Below, in pieces: positions 60,126-64,000 of a stretch of 64,000 bases of DNA. The notes beneath the pieces were generated by a model, which was not told the origin of the DNA, did no database searches, and was given only the letters and a program-made list of their open reading frames with translations. Position numbers and translations under genes: made by a program. Origin of the DNA: Bythopirellula sp. (GTDB lineage Bacteria; Planctomycetota; Planctomycetia; Pirellulales; Lacipirellulaceae); contig OZ244170.1 in NCBI GenBank assembly GCA_965216565.1, positions 288,001 through 352,000 on the forward strand. Reading direction: 5' to 3'. Numbering within the stretch: the first letter of the stretch is position 1; each line of letters starts with the position of its first letter.

Positions 60126-61874
60126 TTAACTCTTGCGCCGCCGCTGAAGCCCCAACGGTGCGAGAGCAATCATGGTTAGTAGTACAGTGGAAGGCTCAGG
60201 AACAGCTGCCACGTTCGCGGTGACTGGCGAAGTGCCATATTGACCTTCGTAGATCGCCAGATCTGCGGCGTCAACCACACCATCACCATTGGCATCGCCA
60301 TTGCTGTTATCCGTTTGGCCTGTAGCACCAAAGTTCTGTTGATAGATCAAGAAGTCCAAACCAGTCACCACGCCATCGCCATCGAAGTCGGCGTCGTCGT
60401 TAGCGATGACAAACGGAGTGAACGATCCTGGGCTTCCTTGGTCGCCACCTTCATGGTAGTTCGATCCATTGGGATCAAAGACCTCGGTAGCATTGTAAGA
60501 CCCGCCGAAGTCCGACAGCACAGCGCCTACCCAGTTACCAGGAGTGTTCGGGTCGGTAAGATCACCTAGGTGGATGGACTGACCTTGTCCTTCAATTGGG
60601 AAACCTGTGGTTCCATAGTCTTGCTCTGCAGCAGCAAGATCAAAATTTGGAGCTCCAGCATTGGGGTCAAAGTAGGTGTTGAAGGTACTCCAAAGACCTA
60701 CATGGTCGTTTCCGTTATTTAGTCCCATGTTCGCCCAACCAGTAACTTCCAGCAAGTTCAAGCCAGCACCATTCGGGTCCCAGGCTGCTAGGAAATTCGC
60801 GGCTGAAATGTCATCGATGTTGAATAGAATGCCAACTTCACCGGCACCCAGGGTACCCGTGATATTCGGAGCGGCTTGCGGCGTTCCGTTGCTGTCGTCA
60901 ATTACCCAACCATTGTTGGGGTCGGCACCAAAATCGATGGCCGATCCGGTGTTGTTGAATACCTCTACCCATTCCCATTGCGGCTCGTTGCCAGCTGGAT
61001 TGTAAAGAATTTCTGTGACGATTAGACCCGAAGCAGCAGGCCCAGCAGGGACATTACCTGGGTTTCCTAAATCGGCCGGATCGTTGAGAGAGGCTGTGCC
61101 CTCAGCGGCGACAGTAGAACTTGTAATTGCACCGCTGGCATCTCCGGCAGTGCTCACAGCCCAATTGGCACCGTCTGTGATAGAGCCGTTGCCACTATAT
61201 GTAACCGACTGGCCTTGGCTTCCGCCAGGAAAGCCATTGAAGTCCACGCTAAACGCTGCGTTCGCAAACGAAGCAATTTCTGGATCATTTGGATCTCCAT
61301 TGGAATCCAAAAGATAGGTAGGCCAACGATCTGCCACTCGAATTCCATCCAGCGTGCTATTGAAATTTGGGTCAGGAGCATAAAAGCCGATAGTTTGACC
61401 GTTGCCACCACCATTGCTCAACCCGGGCCAGAAGGTTGCAGGCATTACCGGTGCATTGGAGGGGAGACCCCAAGCTTGCAGAAACCCGTTCGGGTCAAAA
61501 TTCTCTTCTGGGAACGTGAAATCGAAACCGTCGTAGATGACGCCCACACCACCGGCTGGGATTACCGTATTAATCGCGTGTCCGTTGCCGAAATCGTCAA
61601 ACACGGTCGCATCGACGAAAGTCGCGTTGGGGTCGAATACGTTGTCACCTAAGTTGGCGCCCAGGTAACCCTTGAGGTCGATAGGAGAACCACTGGTGTT
61701 TCTTACTTCAATCCATTCCCAGATGTTGTCCCCAGGGCCACTGGGGTTGTTCATGTACTCTGTAATTTCAAGCTGAGCAAAAGCGTTTCCAATGGTCGCA
61801 AGAGAAAGAATTACGACTGCGAATGTCTGACAGACAACTCGTAAGTTCCGACTTCCAAGAAGGTTCATGTTCAT
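60126..61874 (-). CDS. PEP-CTERM protein with two lamin-tail-like domains and dockerin-like tail (paralog of 57252-59090)
   Basis: ITEYMNNP...WEWIEVRN and VTEILYNP...WEWVEVFN; ADFDGDG; VPEP...RRRKS. Start is uncertain (61913, 61874 or 61868). Confidence 0.85.
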   Translation of the reverse strand: MNMNLLGSRNLRVVCQTFAVVILSLATIGNAFAQLEITEYMNNPSGPGDNIWEWIEVRNTSGSPIDLKGYLGANLGDNVFDPNATFVDATVFDDFGNGHAINTVIPAGGVGVIYDGFDFTFPEENFDPNGFLQAWGLPSNAPVMPATFWPGLSNGGGNGQTIGFYAPDPNFNSTLDGIRVADRWPTYLLDSNGDPNDPEIASFANAAFSVDFNGFPGGSQGQSVTYSGNGSITDGANWAVSTAGDASGAITSSTVAAEGTASLNDPADLGNPGNVPAGPAASGLIVTEILYNPAGNEPQWEWVEVFNNTGSAIDFGADPNNGWVIDDSNGTPQAAPNITGTLGAGEVGILFNIDDISAANFLAAWDPNGAGLNLLEVTGWANMGLNNGNDHVGLWSTFNTYFDPNAGAPNFDLAAAEQDYGTTGFPIEGQGQSIHLGDLTDPNTPGNWVGAVLSDFGGSYNATEVFDPNGSNYHEGGDQGSPGSFTPFVIANDDADFDGDGVVTGLDFLIYQQNFGATGQTDNSNGDANGDGVVDAADLAIYEGQYGTSPVTANVAAVPEPSTVLLTMIALAPLGLQRRRKS

Positions 61875-62450
61875 TTGCCTTTTCGTTGTGTCTGTGAATG
61901 TGGTCAATTTCATGAGAACTAGAATGATTCGATAGACAGAAGGTTAGATGCAAAACTCAAGTTGATGAGATGAGTAGTGGAACGAATTCGATTGTGGTTG
62001 CGTTCCCCAAACAATTCTGGCGAGTTACCGCGTTCCAAAAACTTCCTCAGGCAAATCTCCAATCACCATGCTGGCAGATCTTCGGATTAACCCGTGAAGA
62101 TATCATGCTTCTATTATTATGATTAAGAGAAGAATTCCAACTAAGTCGTGTATTCAGAGTGGGTTATTGCGGCAATCCCCTATTCTAAACTAAATTTCCA
62201 TCATTAAAAGCACTTAAACTAAGCGAACCCGTTGCCCAGGCTTGATTTATGGGCCGGCAGCCGAGAAATTTCTAGCCGGTTGCCGGACCAGGTTAACTGC
62301 CCCCGCAGATTGAATCTCCCTTGAGCGTAACGACTTACAGTCTTCCATCACTCCTCATACGGCCAGACATCCACTTTTTAGAGCTACCGTCCTAGCCTTG
62401 CGAACATCCCGGGCTACCCGGATCGCCTCACACGCGTATCATTGCCTGCT

Positions 62451-63767
62451 ATGAATACCCAACCGCAAGCATTATCAAACGTCGCACTCATATTCCTAGG
62501 CCTACTGGGTTCTTTTGGTTTTGAGGCGGCTCGTGCGGAGACCGAAAACGGGCAAACAGTCCGCTTTGCGACATTCAACGTCTCTTTCTATGGCAATCGG
62601 GCGGGCGAAGTGTCCGAGCGTCTTGCCGAGCCCAACGACCCCCAAGCGGCTGCTGTAGCAGAGATTGTCCAACGGGTACGTCCCGATGTACTTCTATTAA
62701 ATGAAGTCGACTACGATATTGGCGTTGATCCCAATCATCAGCTTATCCATCGATTCCTTCAGAACTACTTGGCACACCCGCAGCACCTCTCGAAGAGCGA
62801 GAGCGGGCCGGCAGAGCCGATTTCTTACCCGTTTGTCTATTCCGCGCCTTCCAATACAGGTATTCATTCTGGGTTTGATCTCGACCGCAATGGCAAGATC
62901 GATCCAGCTCCTGGCAGCATCACCTACGGCGGCGATAGTTGGGGGTTTGGCCGTTATCCAGGACAGTATGGCATGGTAGTTCTTTCCCGCTATCCAATAC
63001 GAGAATCGGAAATCAGAACCTTTAAAAACTTCAAGTGGCAAGATATGCCGGAGTCGCGACTGCCGAGCGATCCCAATACAGACGTCCCCGCAGACTGGTA
63101 TTCCGACAAAATACTCGCCAAGTTTCCGCTTTCTTCGAAGAGTCATTGGGACGTACCCATCGATATCAACGGCCAAGTCGTCCATCTTCTCGCATCGCAC
63201 CCCACGCCGCCGACCTACGACGGAGCAGAAGACCGCAATGGCCGCCGTAACCACGATGAGATTCGATTTTGGGTGGATTACATTGCTGGTGGGGACCAGG
63301 CCGAATACATCTACGACGATCGGGGCCAGCGGGGAGGGCTCGATAATCACGCTTTATTCGTCGTGGCGGGCGACCTCAATGGCGATCCAGAAGACGGCCA
63401 GGGCCGCGAAGGAATTGAGCGTTTGCTCGCCTCACCCCGCTTGGCAAAGACTCCGATTCCGGCAAGTCAAGGTGGGGAAGAGCAGTCGAGTTTGCAGGGC
63501 GGCGCCAATGCCACGCATCGAGGCAAGCCACGATACGACACTCTCGATGCCGCCGACAACGGGGGGCCCGGAAACCTGCGAGTCGACTATGTATTACCCG
63601 CAAGTGGTCTGAATTGTGTTGCGTCAGAAGTATTTTGGCCCAATAATGACAGCAAGTTATTCGCTCTCGTGGGCACCCACCCATTTCCCAGCAGCGATCA
63701 TCGCCTAGTTTGGATTGATGTAGCGTTCGGAGATGCAGCGGGGATAGATGTCCAGCGGGAGAAATAG
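62451..63767 (+). CDS. Secreted endonuclease/exonuclease/phosphatase family protein
   Basis: VRFATFN, PDVLLLNE, SSKSHWDVPI, HPTPP, AGDLN, LRVDYVLP, SSDHRLVW. Confidence 0.9.
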   Translation: MNTQPQALSNVALIFLGLLGSFGFEAARAETENGQTVRFATFNVSFYGNRAGEVSERLAEPNDPQAAAVAEIVQRVRPDVLLLNEVDYDIGVDPNHQLIHRFLQNYLAHPQHLSKSESGPAEPISYPFVYSAPSNTGIHSGFDLDRNGKIDPAPGSITYGGDSWGFGRYPGQYGMVVLSRYPIRESEIRTFKNFKWQDMPESRLPSDPNTDVPADWYSDKILAKFPLSSKSHWDVPIDINGQVVHLLASHPTPPTYDGAEDRNGRRNHDEIRFWVDYIAGGDQAEYIYDDRGQRGGLDNHALFVVAGDLNGDPEDGQGREGIERLLASPRLAKTPIPASQGGEEQSSLQGGANATHRGKPRYDTLDAADNGGPGNLRVDYVLPASGLNCVASEVFWPNNDSKLFALVGTHPFPSSDHRLVWIDVAFGDAAGIDVQREK

Positions 63768-63939
63768 CACTTGCTAAGAAGGCAATTTCATTCCTCCTCG
63801 TACTACCCGGGGTTATGCGGGCGTATTTTGCAGAACGGAATCTTCACAATCGTTTTCTATGATAGCCCGCATCCGGTAAAATCTTGTATTGCCTTCCCAG
63901 CTAGTCCCGACCCAAATGCGTCGATGGAGTATTAATAAA

Positions 63940-64000
63940 ATGAATCGTAAGTCCTCTGGATTCACACTTGTTGAACTCTTAGTGGTGATCGCCATTATCG
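63940..64000 (+). CDS. DUF1559-type prepilin N-terminal cleavage/methylation protein, 5' end only
   Basis: MNRKSSGFTLVELLVVIAII, a type IV prepilin-like leader; GGAG RBS upstream. Confidence 0.8.
   Translation, partial: MNRKSSGFTLVELLVVIAII

Overview
Chromosomal window from a planctomycete, probably Pirellulales/Lacipirellulaceae (inferred from the DUF1559-type prepilin start, PEP-CTERM proteins with dockerin-like tails and the sulfatase). The left part holds lptG (partial), comF, DUF502, hemC and a late flagellar cluster: flgF-G-A-H-I-J-N-K-L, fliW, csrA, fliC, fliD, fliS. That cluster has a clear sigma54 promoter and greatly expanded FlgL, FliC and FliD. The middle holds mqnD, an M20 amidohydrolase plus YbdK ligase, a Zn-ADH, a REP-flanked AT-rich gene, thioredoxins, a membrane-TPR protein, a Gly-rich protein with thioester-domain-like motifs, a sulfatase, ligA, uvrA, a ThiF protein and a kinase. 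The right part holds xdhABC-upp-nupC-hpt, converging on five PEP-CTERM genes (two nucleases, two lamin-tail-like paralogs, one small protein), then a secreted EEP enzyme and a DUF1559-type gene. The best candidate for an undescribed system is this putative extracellular nucleic-acid utilisation locus, whose lamin-tail-like proteins are strongly enriched in a D-P-N tripeptide. Many intergenic spaces carry REP-like and short-period inverted repeats. No rRNA, tRNA, CRISPR array or transposase was recognised. All calls come from reading motifs by eye; no searches were run.
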